DNA of 63,577 nucleotides, counting the filler, from Octopus bimaculoides (taxonomy: Eukaryota): NCBI RefSeq assembly GCF_001194135.2. It is 7 parts of 6 records of this genome, joined end to end, with 100 filler letters (N's around TTAATTAATTAA, not from the genome) between each part and the next. Parts side by side here need not be neighbours in the genome. Positions count along the whole stretch, not along the records: positions 1 to 29,189 come from NC_068986.1; positions 29,290 to 34,378 come from NC_068986.1; positions 34,479 to 47,116 come from NC_068983.1; 4 more parts are not named here. One strand, given 5' to 3'. The position numbers were made by a program, and so were the translations under genes. The notes beneath the pieces are model-generated. The model did not search any database and was not told where the DNA came from. It saw nothing but the letters and a program-made list of their open reading frames with translations. Positions 27,274 to 40,799 of the stretch are shown piece after piece. Every line of letters begins with the position of its first letter. Within the stretch, counting starts at the first letter, position 1.

Positions 27274-28446
27274 CAAAATGCTTCAGCACCAATCTTGAGG
27301 AGTTAGGATTTACAAAAGCAGAAAGGAGAAATATAATTACAAGATTGCAGATACAAAATATCAAAGAAACTGTCAAAATGAGTTCAACTTCCCCAAAAGT
27401 TTAACTTTTAAGTAAATATGCACGTTTCTAGCCATGCAAAGATGTGCATGAGAATACATATATAAAACAAAATATACAAAAATGCACTAGCAATGAGACC
27501 AAATATAGTACTCATACATATAAACATGCACAAATACCCAGTTGATGCAGTTGAAATTCAAATGAAGGAGCCTTGGATCTAGGTTAGAAACTGACACTTT
27601 CTCCAGTGGCATGAAACGCATACATAAATACATACATACATACATACATGAACTTTTGTTTACAAACTTTGCGTGAAGTAGTAAAATGTTATAAGAACAA
27701 CGGGTCCCAACTGACTGCGGTGTATATGAATGTTGAATCTCCAGGGTCCATCTTAACTTGGCACATCAAAGTGAAATAGGAACAGTTGAATGAGACGTAT
27801 TTTTTATCGTTTGTCATTACAGATTAATTCGTACAGTTTTGTTATTACATATATAAACAAGCAGCCTACTGACCTCATCTCACCCATAAAACATTTCTGG
27901 TCGTGTGATTAGCTTCTATAATTACCGTTTTATTGAATTATATACTTGGAGACAAACATGTATGAAAAAAGTACGTATATGTGTACATGACCGTTTTCAT
28001 AACTATTGCAATATATNNNNNNNNNNNNNNNNNNNNNNNNNNNNNNNNNATATGTATATATATATATATATATGTATATGTATATCTGTGTGACTGTGAG
28101 AGTTTGTGCATAAATATATATAAAGAGTAAGAGAGAGAGTGAGAGAGAGAGAGAGAGACAGAGAGAGAGACAGAGAGAGATAGAGAGAGAGAGTGAAATA
28201 AATAGCTAGACACACAGATCGTTGCGAGGAATTCATACAAACATAAATCTAGAAATGTATGTATACGTATATATATATAAATAATTGTATAATATTAGAC
28301 AAAACTTGAATAAATTTATATGAATAACTCAGTATTTATGTCTCTGTTTATATATAAGTCTGGATACGAAAATTCAGAATGCACACTCACACGGGTACAC
28401 ACATATAGATATGTACAATTGTATATGTATCTATATATATATCAAA

Positions 28447-28484
28447 CTGTCCGACGAACGGGAACGTGAAACTCTGAGTAACAG
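28447..28484 (+). ncRNA. Minimal type I hammerhead ribozyme relic
   Basis: CTGT-CCGACGA-ACG/ggaa/CGT-GAAAC-tctga-GTA-ACAG. All three stems pair, with a U4-to-C core change; AATAAA lies about 25 nt downstream. Confidence 0.72.
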
Positions 28485-28575
28485 CTTTGTGAGATCTGTG
28501 CTGCGTTTTTAATAAAAATACACACACACACACATATTTATATGTATATATATATATATGTATATGTGAGTATGC

Positions 28576-29189
28576 ATGTACAAATTTGCAAATCGACTCA
28601 ACCAGCATCCCAAGAATGGCCAAAGGTCCCGCCTAAAAACGACACTGATGGAGATCGAAAAAAGGTTGCAACACTCCTATGTGAGGGAGAGAGCAGACAA
28701 AGAAGCCTGGGTTATAAAAAACATTAAGTCAAACCCAAAGGCCTTCTTTCATTATGCAAAAAAAAACAGCCTCAGTACGCTGGAAGATTGGACCCCTCTT
28801 CGAAAAGGATGGCTCCCTCACAGACAGCCCAACTAGGATCAGTGAGGTACTGAATGAGCAATTCAAAATTGTTTTCACCACTCCATTGGAGCACAGACAA
28901 GTGAACAAACCAGTGGACTTCTTTGCTACCTCCCCTATAACCAGTGAGGCAGTTACGATGGAATACATCAACATTAGCGAAGAAGATGTACTACTAGCTA
29001 TACATGAAGTGGACACAAACTCAACTGCTGGCCCTGATGGTTTCCCAGCAATCCTCCTTAAATCGTGTAAGCATGCCCTGGCAAAACCCCTCCAGATCCT
29101 CTTCCAGAGCTTTCTCGCAAACGGAAGACTGCCAAGCAAGCTGAAGGAGGGAATAATATGCCCAATCCATAAAGGGGGAAGCACAGCAG
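28576..29189 (+). mobile_element. CR1/L2-group LINE ORF2 fragment (region before the RT), truncated by a gap
   Basis: IKNIKSNPKAFFHYAK / LNEQFKIVFT..AGPDGFPAILLKSCKHALAKPLQILFQSFLANGRLPSKLKEGIICPIHKGG; one frameshift in an A run. Confidence 0.9.
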
Positions 29190-29289
29190 NNNNNNNNNNN
29201 NNNNNNNNNNNNNNNNNNNNNNNNNNNNNNNNNTTAATTAATTAANNNNNNNNNNNNNNNNNNNNNNNNNNNNNNNNNNNNNNNNNNNN
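29190..29289. other. Scaffold-join placeholder (N run, TTAATTAATTAA, N run); first of six
   Basis: The same 12-mer is centred in ~100-nt N blocks at 29235, 34423, 47161, 50896, 54762 and 62072. Confidence 0.93.
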
Positions 29290-29325
<36 letters not shown>

Positions 29326-29990
29326 TGAGAGAGAGAGGCAGACAGACAGAATAACTGCCTATAGATAGATAGACTCGATAGCTAGTTTGATAGATAGGCT
29401 AACAGATCTGTATTCGTCTGTATTTTTTTGTTGATAGATTTATCTCCGGGCATAGGTTTTTTGATGTTTTTAAAGTTATGAATTGTTCACTCTGTCTGTG
29501 TTAGTTCGAAAATAAAAAAATGTTTTGTTTTTGTTTGTTTTTGCTTCGTTTGTGCCACGTGTTTTCATATGCGTGTATGTGTGTCCTGTAAATTTCACGT
29601 GTGCAAACATTGGGATGAATGCGTAGTCCTATGGGTATTAAAATGTATATATAATTGTATAGACATTCGAGTGTATGCGTAATTACTCAAGTCATGTATT
29701 TACAGTTTTGTTCTATTTATATTTTATAGTTTGTAAACTTTCCGATGTTGATTTTGCGTGTGTGTTTCGCACATATTTCACTGAGACATCGTGCATAGGA
29801 GAAACTGTGTATGCCAAGTTTGTATGGCAGTGAAATTTCGTTTTTGTGATTATTTTCGTTAGAAGGCCACTTCCTTCAAGTCTTCCACAGGTTCCTTTAT
29901 CTCATTCCACCGATGTTAGATTAAATTTGTTTTTGAATGGAGAGTCCAATGTAGCACAAAGCAGTGCGTATCATCAAAGTGATACCGGGG

Positions 29991-30023
<33 letters not shown>

Positions 30024-30027
30024 CATT

Positions 30028-30247
30028 AAGGCGGCGTGCTTGCAGAATCCTTAGTATGCCGGGCGAAATGCTTACCGGTATTTCGTCTGCTGCTACGTTC
30101 TGAGTTCAAATTCCACCGAGGTCGTTTTTTGCCATTCATTCTTTCGGCGTCGATAAATTAAGTGCTAGTTACGCACTGGGATCGATGTAATCTACTGTCC
30201 CCCTTCCCCAATTTTCAGGGCTCGTGCCTATAATAGCATGGATTATT
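30028..30247 (+). mobile_element. Full-length SINE A2
   Basis: Family A head and body with a CTCGTGCCTATAATAG tail; follows (ATT)n. Confidence 0.9.
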
Positions 30248-30838
30248 AATATTTTTGTTTCATCAATGGAGTGGACACTTCAATTTTAAATATTTGTTCT
30301 ACCAGGAGATTTTGAGATAGTGAAAGTCGTAATATTTGGGCTAAAAAAGAAAAACACCTATTGGACTGTAAAAAAAGTAATGGCTGACAGCTAAAATTTC
30401 AGACGTAAGCCAAAAAATGTAGTTGCAATTTGAAAATGAATGAGAGCTCAATTTGAGAAGTTAAAGACTGCACTTTTGAATAATATAGACGGTAGCTGAG
30501 TGTAGATGATGGTCTATGTATTGACAGTTTGTTTTGAAAATAGCTACATAGGAGTCAATAACGCAAAGGAATAAATTGATGTGCAGTAAACGAAAAGAAC
30601 TAATGAAGAGAGTGAATACAAAGCCTAACTTACAAAATAAAACAATTATAACATTAAATCTCAGAATATTTGAAGAAAGCACAGTTAATTATGAAGTAAA
30701 ATAAATTGTTCAGAAAGGGAAATTATCAGAGGTAATCAAACTTAAGAAAAGGGTAAATATAGAAGGCTGACAAGATAAGTAAAACTTTTTAATTAAAACA
30801 GTGATTTCTAGAGGGTTAAAAAGAATGTTCTGTGAGTG

Positions 30839-30893
<55 letters not shown>

Positions 30894-30986
30894 GTCTGTC
30901 TATCTATTTATCTATCTGCATACATACATATATCTGTTTATAAGTATGTATATATTATATATATATATAATTTATAACATATATAC

Positions 30987-31039
<53 letters not shown>

Positions 31040-32949
31040 TATGTATGTATGTATACATGTGTTATATTATACAGAGTTGTTAAGGAAGTATAAATACGGA
31101 GATGAACTTAAAGTATTGCATGCAAATACAAAACAAATGTAGAAATATAATAATACTTGGAAGATAATATCATGTGTAGTTAAGTCATTAAAACACGTAG
31201 TTTTAAAAGAGTAGAGCGTTTCTTTTTGAAACGGAGTAGTGCAGGCATGGAATGCCAGTGGTAAGATAGCTATTCTGTATAAGAAACTTCCTAAGTTAAG
31301 AATAAGTAGCAAAAGCGTCGAAAGATAAACAAATAACAGTGAAACTAAGATCAAGATTATGTCAGCATTTATTACGACTAGAAACATAAGAATAAGCGAT
31401 AATATAAGAGAAGGGTTAATATTCGTTAATAATATTTATAAGTAATAAACAGTTAGGTGAACAACGAGAATCAAAATGGTGACTTGCATGTTCATTTATA
31501 CGTTGCGCTAGATTTGAACGCGAATACGCTAACCGCTATTGTCCTTCGTTATTAGAAACAACCTTTTCTGCCAGACAAATAACACAGTCTTAACACAGTC
31601 AATTCATGAACGTAAGGCGCTTTTTGTAATATCCGATATTTCGGTGTCGTTGTGTTTCGTCAGTCAAAGGCTAGTGGATGAAACAGAAGTTTGTAGGAAT
31701 TGCTTATAACTTTAGCAAACAAATTCTTGCACCAGTTCAAAATCAGAAAGAAATTACATTTATTATAACTAACTTACAGGTAAGTTATAGCACCAATAGA
31801 GGCACTGTTCTAGTGGAATAAAGTATAGTGGGGGAGATTATTATCACTCTCTGTTCCCGTATGAATACATTTACATTTAAAGATGAGTGATTATGTGGGT
31901 CTTTTGTTTTGCTTTTTGAGAATTTTAATAGCAAAGCATATCACTATATTTCACATGTATATATGTATATATATATATATGTGTGTGTGTGCGTGTGTGT
32001 GTGTGTGCGTGTGTGTGTGTGTGTGCGTGTGTGTGTGTGTGTGTCGGTACGAAAGTGTAGTTACTGGATTTGATGGGTATATAAATAGGCAAGCTGTTTG
32101 TTTCTCTGGAATCGGTCAAACTGATGTAGACACCTCGGATGAGAATCAAATAAGTTGCGAAAATCGTTTACAGTTGTCTATCACTATTTTCAATCTAAGG
32201 AGAAATAGCTAAATTTGCCCTATTTTATACAACTACTATATAAGTTATGTTATACACACATGCACACATGCATACTTACACACACACGTACATATATNNN
32301 NNNNNNNNNNNNNNNNNNNNNNNNNNNNNNNNNNNNNNNNNNNNNNNNNNNNNNNNNNNNNNNNNNNNNNNNNNNNNNNNNNNNNNNNNNNNNNNNNNNN
32401 NNNNNNNNNNNNNNNNNNNNNNNNNNNNNNNNNNNNNNNNNNNNNNNNNNNNNNNNNNNNNNNNNNNNNNNNNNNNNNNNNNNNNNNNNNNNNNNNNNNN
32501 NNNNNNNNNNNNNNNNNNNNNNNNNNNNNNNNNNNNNNNNNNNNNNNNNNNNNNNNNNNNNNNNNNNNNNNNNNNNNNNNNNNNNNNNNNNNNNNNNNNN
32601 NNNNNNNNNNNNNNNNNNNNNNNNNNNNNNNNNNNNNNNNNNNNNNNNNNNNNNNNNNNNNNNNNNNNNNNNNNNNNNNNNNNTATTTACACTCTCTCTC
32701 TCACACGCATAAAAGTATCTTAGCGTTTGGGGGATGACAATACACAATGGCAAAATACTGTGCGTTATAAATGGTGAATGTTGGAGGCGAACTACCACCT
32801 GATGAGCTAAAATAACTTTGTAGTAATAATAACAGAGGCAATAACAATAAATATAAATATTGGACACACAAATTACATCACATACATACACAGTGACACA
32901 CACATACACGTGTGACTATGTGCCTTTACACACACACACACACACACAC

Positions 32950-33009
<60 letters not shown>

Positions 33010-34316
33010 ATCTATCTATCTATCTGTCTTCCTCTATCTTTCTATCTATCCCTCTATCCACCTATCTATCTTTCTTCTTTCCCATCTCCCCCTCTCGCTC
33101 TGCTTCCTTCTGTTATCTTGGCTTCTACTTCATTGCTATACATTTCTGTCCCTTCCTCCTTGTTCCACTTCCCCTCCCTACCATCCTCTCTCTTTATCTA
33201 TCTTTCTACCTATCCCTCTNNNNNNNNNNNNNNNNNNNNNNNNNNNNNNNNNNNNNNNNNNNNNNNNNNNNNNNNNNNNNNNNNNNNNNNNNNNNNNNNN
33301 NNNNNNNNNNNNNNNNNNNNNNNNNNNNNNNNNNNNNNNNNNNNNNNNNNNNNNNNNNNNNNNNNNNNNNNNNNNNNNNNNNNNNNNNNNNNNNNNNNNN
33401 NNNNNNNNNNNNNNNNNNNNNNNNNNNNNNNNNNNNNNNNNNNNNNNNNNNNNNNNNNNNNNNNNNNNNNNNNNNNNNNNNNNNNNNNNNNNNNNNNNNN
33501 NNNNNNNNNNNNNNNNNNNNNNNNNNNNNNNNNNNNNNNNNNNNNNNNNNNNNNNNNNNNNNNNNNNNNNNNNNNNNNNNNNNNNNNNNNNNNNNNNNNN
33601 NNNNNNNNNNNNNNNNNNNNNNNNNNNNNNNNNNNNNNNNNNNNNNNNNNNNNNNNNNNNNNNNNNNNNNNNNNNNNNNNNNNNNNNNNNNNNNNNNNNN
33701 NNNNNNNNNNNNNNNNNNNNNNNNNNNNNNNNNNNNNNNNNNNNNNNNNNNNNNNNNNNNNNNNNNNNNNNNNNNNNNNNNNNNNNNNNNNNNNNNNNNN
33801 NNNNNNNNTATATATATATATATATGTATATACATAAGCGCATGTGTGTCTGGAGATGTGTCATAATTTACTGGTTATAAAGTATCTTTTACAACGTGTT
33901 AAATCTAACCTTTGGGAAAGCTATCAGTTTCAGAAAGTTTGTAGTGTGAACTTCGACACACTATCTGTTATTTAAATCAGTAGTTTTAAATAGTTTCCTA
34001 TTTTCAGAAGTTCGCAGTACAAGTCTTGTTTGTCATTCAACAATAGAATACAGTTTATTACACGCTATGGGCGGATATATACGTATAACAATGGGACCAT
34101 TATTGTTTGTTTGCATTTTCTTTAGGATTACTCTCACAATATATTTTTATTCAGTTTAACAACGTTTTTATAAAATAGATCTCATTCATGATAAACCATT
34201 TTTGTCACTCACTTTCTTTTCTCTCTATCACATTGTCCAATCGTCTGTCCTTCATATACTTTTTCTGTACTTATGCATGCATCTCCCTCTTTGAGTTTCT
34301 CTCTCCCTCAGTCACA

Positions 34317-34378
<62 letters not shown>

Positions 34379-34589
34379 NNNNNNNNNNNNNNNNNNNNNN
34401 NNNNNNNNNNNNNNNNNNNNNNTTAATTAATTAANNNNNNNNNNNNNNNNNNNNNNNNNNNNNNNNNNNNNNNNNNNNAGTAAGTAAATGTGTGAAAAAA
34501 GATTTTCAAAAAACTCACAGTTTGTAGGGAAAAGTAAATGTGTTTTAATAAAGAGAGGATCGTATTTGAAAAAGATGGATAGGTATTTG

Positions 34590-34646
<57 letters not shown>

Positions 34647-34854
34647 ATATGATTAGATGGACTCGACGCACGACGATTAAACCACATAGGTTTCGCTCCG
34701 GCTCTAATGTTAATTGCGTTCAATTCCAGCGTCGCTTGTATACACTGGTTACCCGTATCTGATGATGGGCCATGACGTAATACAAAGAACACGGCAATGA
34801 TAATAAGAGATTAAAAAAACACAGGAATAACTAAGTAATCCTTTATTCCAGTTG

Positions 34855-34982
34855 TTCAGTATTCGACAACACATGACATCATACTACAGATGTAACCAGT
34901 AGGTATTTGCTCCATGCTTGCTCTATACGATGCACGTACTGGTTGCATCTGTAGAGTGACGTCATGTGTTACGAATACTAAA
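34855..34982. repeat. Long imperfect inverted repeat (about 43-bp arms, 35-nt loop)
   Basis: 34859-34901 GTATTCGACAACACATGACATCATACTACAGATGTAACCAGTA pairs with 34937-34978 TACTGGTTGCATCTGTAGAGTGACGTCATGTGTTACGAATAC. Confidence 0.85.
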
Positions 34983-35054
34983 ACATATGTAACAATTGGA
35001 ATAAAGGTTATGCCCATGTACATTTCTCTTATTATGTATGTATGTGTGTATGTC

Positions 35055-35400
35055 GGGAAAGCGCGTGGCTTAGTGGTGAGAATATTCGGCTCACAATCGT
35101 AAGGTCGTGAGTTCCATTCCAGGTGGAGCGTTGTGTCTTGGAGCAAGACACTGTATCTCGCGTTGCTTCAGTGAGATACGGTGGAGCAACGTGAATCTCA
35201 CTCAATTGGGAAAAATAAGTGGTGTGAGCATTTCAAGGGGCCAGTTTTATTACATTCTACACGGAATATCCCTGCGAACTACGTTAAAGGTACGGTGTGT
35301 CTGTGAAGTGCTCAACCAAATGCACGTTAATTTCACGAGCAGGCTGTTCCGTTGATCGGATCAACTGGAACCCTCGACGTCGTAAGCGACGGAGTGCTAG
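35055..35400 (+). mobile_element. SINE family D, full-length
   Basis: GCGCGTGGCTTAGTGG head, GTGTCTTGGAGCAAGACAC block, tail CGTCGTAAGCGACGGAGTGC. Confidence 0.9.
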
Positions 35401-35475
35401 TTTGTGTGCGTGTATGTACGTACCTATGTATGTATATGTGTATATATATATGTGTATATGTGTGTGCATGAGTGT

Positions 35476-35524
<49 letters not shown>

Positions 35525-35611
35525 CGTGCGCGCGTGTATGCATATAGGAATCACTAATCTAAGCTACACTACCTTTCTTGCAAATGAACTTAGACGCAGA
35601 CAGTTATACTA

Positions 35612-35850
35612 CTGAAACCCCAGATCAAGACTGATCGAGGAAGCAGATCTATGATGAAAGACTTTCAAATGATGGCCATCCAATCTTTTCTTAGAACAGT
35701 GTATCTAAGACTACATTAATCAATGAATCCAACATGCAGCTTTCTTTTTTATTAACATTTCAATAAAAATAAAATACCAACGCGTTGTGATTAGCGGGAG
35801 CTTTTGGCTGCTACTTCTAACAGACCAATCGACCATTTAGACGCACCTTC
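35612..35850 (+). repeat. Family E interspersed repeat
   Basis: CCCCAGATCAAGACTGATCGAG..CAGTGTATCTAAGACTAC..TTTTGGCTGCTACTTCTAA, the reverse of the blocks at 14423-16038. Confidence 0.6.
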
Positions 35851-36115
35851 ATTTGGCTCACAGATTTGGTCAGGTGGTTGTAATAGCGATTAGATTGTAT
35901 TTCGCTACTTTGTCTTAATGACTTGATACTTTCACATCATTAAGTCCCATTTGAAGTTTAACTGAGACCAACGTGGCGACGTGGAGTTAATAGTGGTCCT
36001 ACTGCAAATAATTCTGTTGGCCAAAACCATTAAATAACAGATAGAAGAGAGAACTAGTTTCAAAGAACTCAACTGAGTCTCTAATGAAATATTTCTAGAT
36101 ACTCGCCCATTTACA

Positions 36116-36157
<42 letters not shown>

Positions 36158-37385
36158 TATACACACACACACATACATACATATACACACACGCACGCAG
36201 ACATACATACATACATACATACATACATACATACATACATACATGCATACACGTACATACATAGGGATATGGATATGAATCTCGTTTCTATCACATAATT
36301 AACAAATCGCAAACACACGCACTTACACGCATATATATAAGACNNNNNNNNNNNNNNNNNNNNNNNNNNNNNNNNNNNNNNNNNNNNNNNNNNNNNNNNN
36401 NNNNNNNNNNNNNNNNNNNNNNNNNNNNNNNNNNNNNNNNNNNNNNNNNNNNNNNNNNNNNNNNNNNNNNNNNNNNNNNNNNNNNNNNNNNNNNNNNNNN
36501 NNNNNNNNNNNNNNNNNNNNNNNNNNNNNNNNNNNNNNNNNNNNNNNNNNNNNNNNNNNNNNNNNNNNNNNNNNNNNNNNNNNNNNNNNNNNNNNNNNNN
36601 NNNNNNNNNNNNNNNNNNNNNNNNNNNNNNNNNNNNNNNNNNNNNNNNNNNNNNNNNNNNNNNNNNNNNNNNNNNNNNNNNNNNNNNNNNNNNNNNNNNN
36701 NNNNNNNNNNNNNNNNNNNNNNNNNNNNNNNNNNNNNNNNNNNNNNNNNNNNNNNNNNNNNNNNNNNNNNNNNNNNNNNNNNNNNNNNNNNNNNNNNNNN
36801 NNNNNNNNNNNNNNNNNNNNNNNNNNNNNNNNNNNNNNNNNNNNNNNNNNNNNNNNNNNNNNNNNNNNNNNNNNNNNNNNNNNNNNNNNNNNNNNNNNNN
36901 NNNNNNNNNNNNNNNNNNNNNNNNNNNNNNNNNNNNNNNNNNNNNNNNNNNNNNNNNNNNNNNNNNNNNNNNNNNNNNNNNNNNNNNNNNNNNNNNNNNN
37001 NNNNNNNNNNNNNNNNNNNNNNNNNNNNNNNNNNNNNNNNNNNNNNNNNNNNNNNNNNNNNNNNNNNNNNNNNNNNNNNNNNNNNNNNNNNNNNNNNNNN
37101 NNNNNNNNNNNNNNNNNNNNNNNNNNNNNNNNNNNNNNNNNNNNNNNNNNNNNNNNNNNNNNNNNNNNNNNNNNNNNNNNNNNNNNNNNNNNNNNNNNNN
37201 NNNNNNNNNNNNNNNNNNNNNNNNNNNNNNNNNNNNNNNNNNNNNNNNNNNNNNNNNNNNNNNNNNNNNNNNNNNNNNNNNNNNNNNNNNNNNNNNNNNN
37301 NNNNNNNNNNNNNNNNNNNNNNNNNNNNNNNNNNNNTATATATATATATGTATGTATGTATGTATGTATATATATATATATATGC

Positions 37386-37416
<31 letters not shown>

Positions 37417-37609
37417 GACAGACAGACAGACAGAGACAGAAACAGAGAGGGAAAAATAGGTATATACATACATATATACATATGTATATGCTTACATACA
37501 TTCATGCTTGTATACATATACGAACATATGCCTACGTAAAAGCATACATACATACATACATACATACATACATACACACTTTCACTCACATAGACACATA
37601 CTCTCACAC

Positions 37610-37671
<62 letters not shown>

Positions 37672-39043
37672 TGAGAGAAAGACAGAGAGTTGCATACATA
37701 CACGACGTGCGCGCGTGCGCACATACCTACCTACATACATAAAAACTTATATGACGGAATATATACAGCACGTATATAATTGTGTATGCACATGTACGAT
37801 TGCACACACGCACGCTGCACACATACAGACAAACACACATACAAACACACACGCAAACACACACGCAAACACACACGCAAACACACACGCAAACACACAT
37901 ATACTCACAAAATGAAAATCATAATTGCCGTCATAAATGTGTTATAAAATGAATTTAAACCGCTTAATTCCTGAGTAGTTCAATAATTCTCACCCAAAAA
38001 TACGCATCTGCTTAGTAGTGTATGTGTGTATGTGTGTAGTAGGTCGCGTGTGTGTGTGAGAGAGTTTGTGCGAATATTTACATATAGAATACGTACATAT
38101 CATATACAATATATGACATACCCACGCACACTCATACGTACATGCATAAATACATACATACACACATACATTCATACATACAAATAGCAAAACCTGCATA
38201 CGGACACGTTTACAGTGAGACACACTCGCATACAAAGTTGAGCGCGCGAAAGCAACAACAACACCACCGCCAACAACAACAACAAACACATTTATACAAG
38301 ATGGAAAACTCCCTTGGCCCTCACCCCCTTCCTCACTCTCTTCCGGCTCCCGCATATTGCTAGCAATACGACTAATGAAGTGTTTTATGGGAGATGGAGA
38401 AGGTATTGATAAGCTGTAACTTTTGCTATAATCCTGCCATGAAACAGGGCGGAGGGGGGGAGGAATATGGATCAATGAACGCCATTAGGTTGAACTAATT
38501 ATATAGTCCAGTCGAACGATGTAAAGCTGATATACACTGCGATTAACTGGGGGCAGAATGTGGAGATGTCTTTCATCGTAAATGAAATAATTGAAACCCT
38601 GGTTGATTTTGTCTCCGACTAAATCGCTCTGTCACACTTACTTGGATGGCCGTTTAGCTATTTAACATCTATCACACACATATAAACGCTATGTCATTAA
38701 GACACGGACTTTTAAATATTCAACCAAAATATGCTCTGCATCGATTCTACGTTCACCTGCTCACCCGCTCGCCATACTTCTTTCAGTAAGAATGGTCTGT
38801 AAATCGGAACATACATACGCACACATACACAATTTGCTTCTATCTCTTTCTCCCATCTCCCTCTCTGTCTCTCTCTCAGTCTAACACTCTCTCTATCTCT
38901 CCCTGTCTTTCATCCTCTATCCCTTACTCTGTCTCAATATATGTGTGTGTTGGTGGATGGGATGGGTATGTATGTATGCATGTATGTATGTATGCATGTA
39001 TGTATGTATGCATGTATGTATGTATGCATGTATGTATGTATGC

Positions 39044-39090
<47 letters not shown>

Positions 39091-39489
39091 AAACTATCTA
39101 TATCTATATATATAATATAATACATTTTTAAAAAATAACGTTGACCACTAACGTGGACAATTAATGTGCTAGAAATAGATCACATCTTGTGTCTATTAAG
39201 ACCTAAATTGTTCTCAACATGAGATATAGCAGCATACCAAAACGTGAGCGGGCAAGACATTTAAAATCACATAAAAAAAGCATTCTTAAACAGGTACCGG
39301 TTTCGGATTTAACAATCTTACCGATTGTCCATTCCTCTNNNNNNNNNNNNNNNNNNNNNNNNNNNNNNNNNNNNNNNNNNNNNNNNNNNNNNNNNNNNNN
39401 NNNNNNNNNNNNNNNNNNNNNNNNNNNNNNNNNNNNNNNNNNNNNNNNNNNTATATATATATATATACATACATACATACATACATACA

Positions 39490-39520
<31 letters not shown>

Positions 39521-39539
39521 GCATATATGGATACAAGAC

Positions 39540-39970
39540 GTCACCAACAGTAAACAACATTAAATACGAAAACAAATGAGTTCAATACGCAAACAACGAG
39601 AGAAAGAAATGGAAAACAGGACAAGTAACATAAAGAACGACCCTTCATCAGTTGTCGGCTGTCTATCTACTTCTCCTTTCGAACATTGATCGACAATATG
39701 AGTCTTCGAAGACAGTTTCTCCCATAAATACCAAAATAAAGTTTTGGATTTATGGAGGGTCAAAGTTGGGAACAAAAACAGGACAGTGGAGACCGAACGC
39801 AAACAAACAGAAGGAGGGTAAAATAGCGAACGCTGGAGAAATGTTTTCTTTGAAAAAAGAAAAGATGGAAGAGAGAGGTAGAATACGTCCAGTCCTTAGG
39901 ACAGTGTTGAAGGGAAAGAGAGATGATCACGTGAAGAAAAGAAAGATGGACGATGGTCACGTGTGAGCAA
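39540..39970. repeat. Unclassified non-microsatellite repeat-like element
   Basis: Complex purine-rich segment with internal hairpins (GTCTTCGAAGAC; TTGTCG..CGACAA). It looks like an interspersed repeat, but only a 16-nt match elsewhere (near 55318) is visible. Confidence 0.3.
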
Positions 39971-40688
39971 CGAGAGAGAGAAAAAGAGAAAGGGAGAGAG
40001 AGATAGAAAACGGTGAAGGGAGAAAACAGTATAGAGAAGACTCGCGTCAAAACGATTAAGATAAACTTACTTGGAAATACATACACACACACACATATAC
40101 ATACAAACACGGAGGAGGGACAGGGGAGAAGGGGCAGAGGAGGAGGGGAGGAGGAGACGATGTCGATGACGTTGATGATGATGACGATGAGGATATGATG
40201 ATAATCACGCTGCCTCGCGGGACTCTATTTAATTGTCTATTTAATGTCTATAAGGAGATTTTCAATCCGGACTATTTCAGAGCGGGAGATCGTTTCACGT
40301 CGATCTTTACTCGAGCGCGTTAAATATGACTTTACTCGAATATATTTTATTCAACTCTTTTTCGTGCGATTATACATACATACATACATACATACATACA
40401 TACATACATACATACATACATACATACGTAAGCACATACAAGTTCAAACGTTAGCACGAAAATAACAATACAGAAGGCAAACTGTAAATGAAGTGCAATT
40501 ATGAATTTAATTATTCGATGAGCTATTAAGAAAAAGTTGAAAGTATTTTTGACGTCTCGAATTTTAGTGTTCCTTCATAAAAATAGATGGACAAGGAAGG
40601 AAGAACTGCAGAGGAAAGGAGTAAGAAACGAGTGTAACAAAAAATGTTTTGTTTTGTGTGCGTGCGTATGTTTGTGTGCAAACACACG

Positions 40689-40757
<69 letters not shown>

Positions 40758-40799
40758 TGGTATATCTTTTTAGGTATCACTTTATGTTAGGCTTTTGCA

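Noticed and set aside
35932-37724. Longest ORFs in the track (390-513 aa) and all other X-rich ORFs
   Set aside because: They are open only because they run through N gaps.
37845-37895. 12-bp tandem unit AAACACACACGC, about four copies, as a CRISPR-like or coding repeat
   Set aside because: No spacers; it is a higher-order derivative of (CA)n.
39630-39770. Minus-strand CTGATGA with nearby hairpins as a type II hammerhead
   Set aside because: Stem I can be drawn, but GAAA is not adjacent to a matching stem II strand and stem III does not pair at the core.
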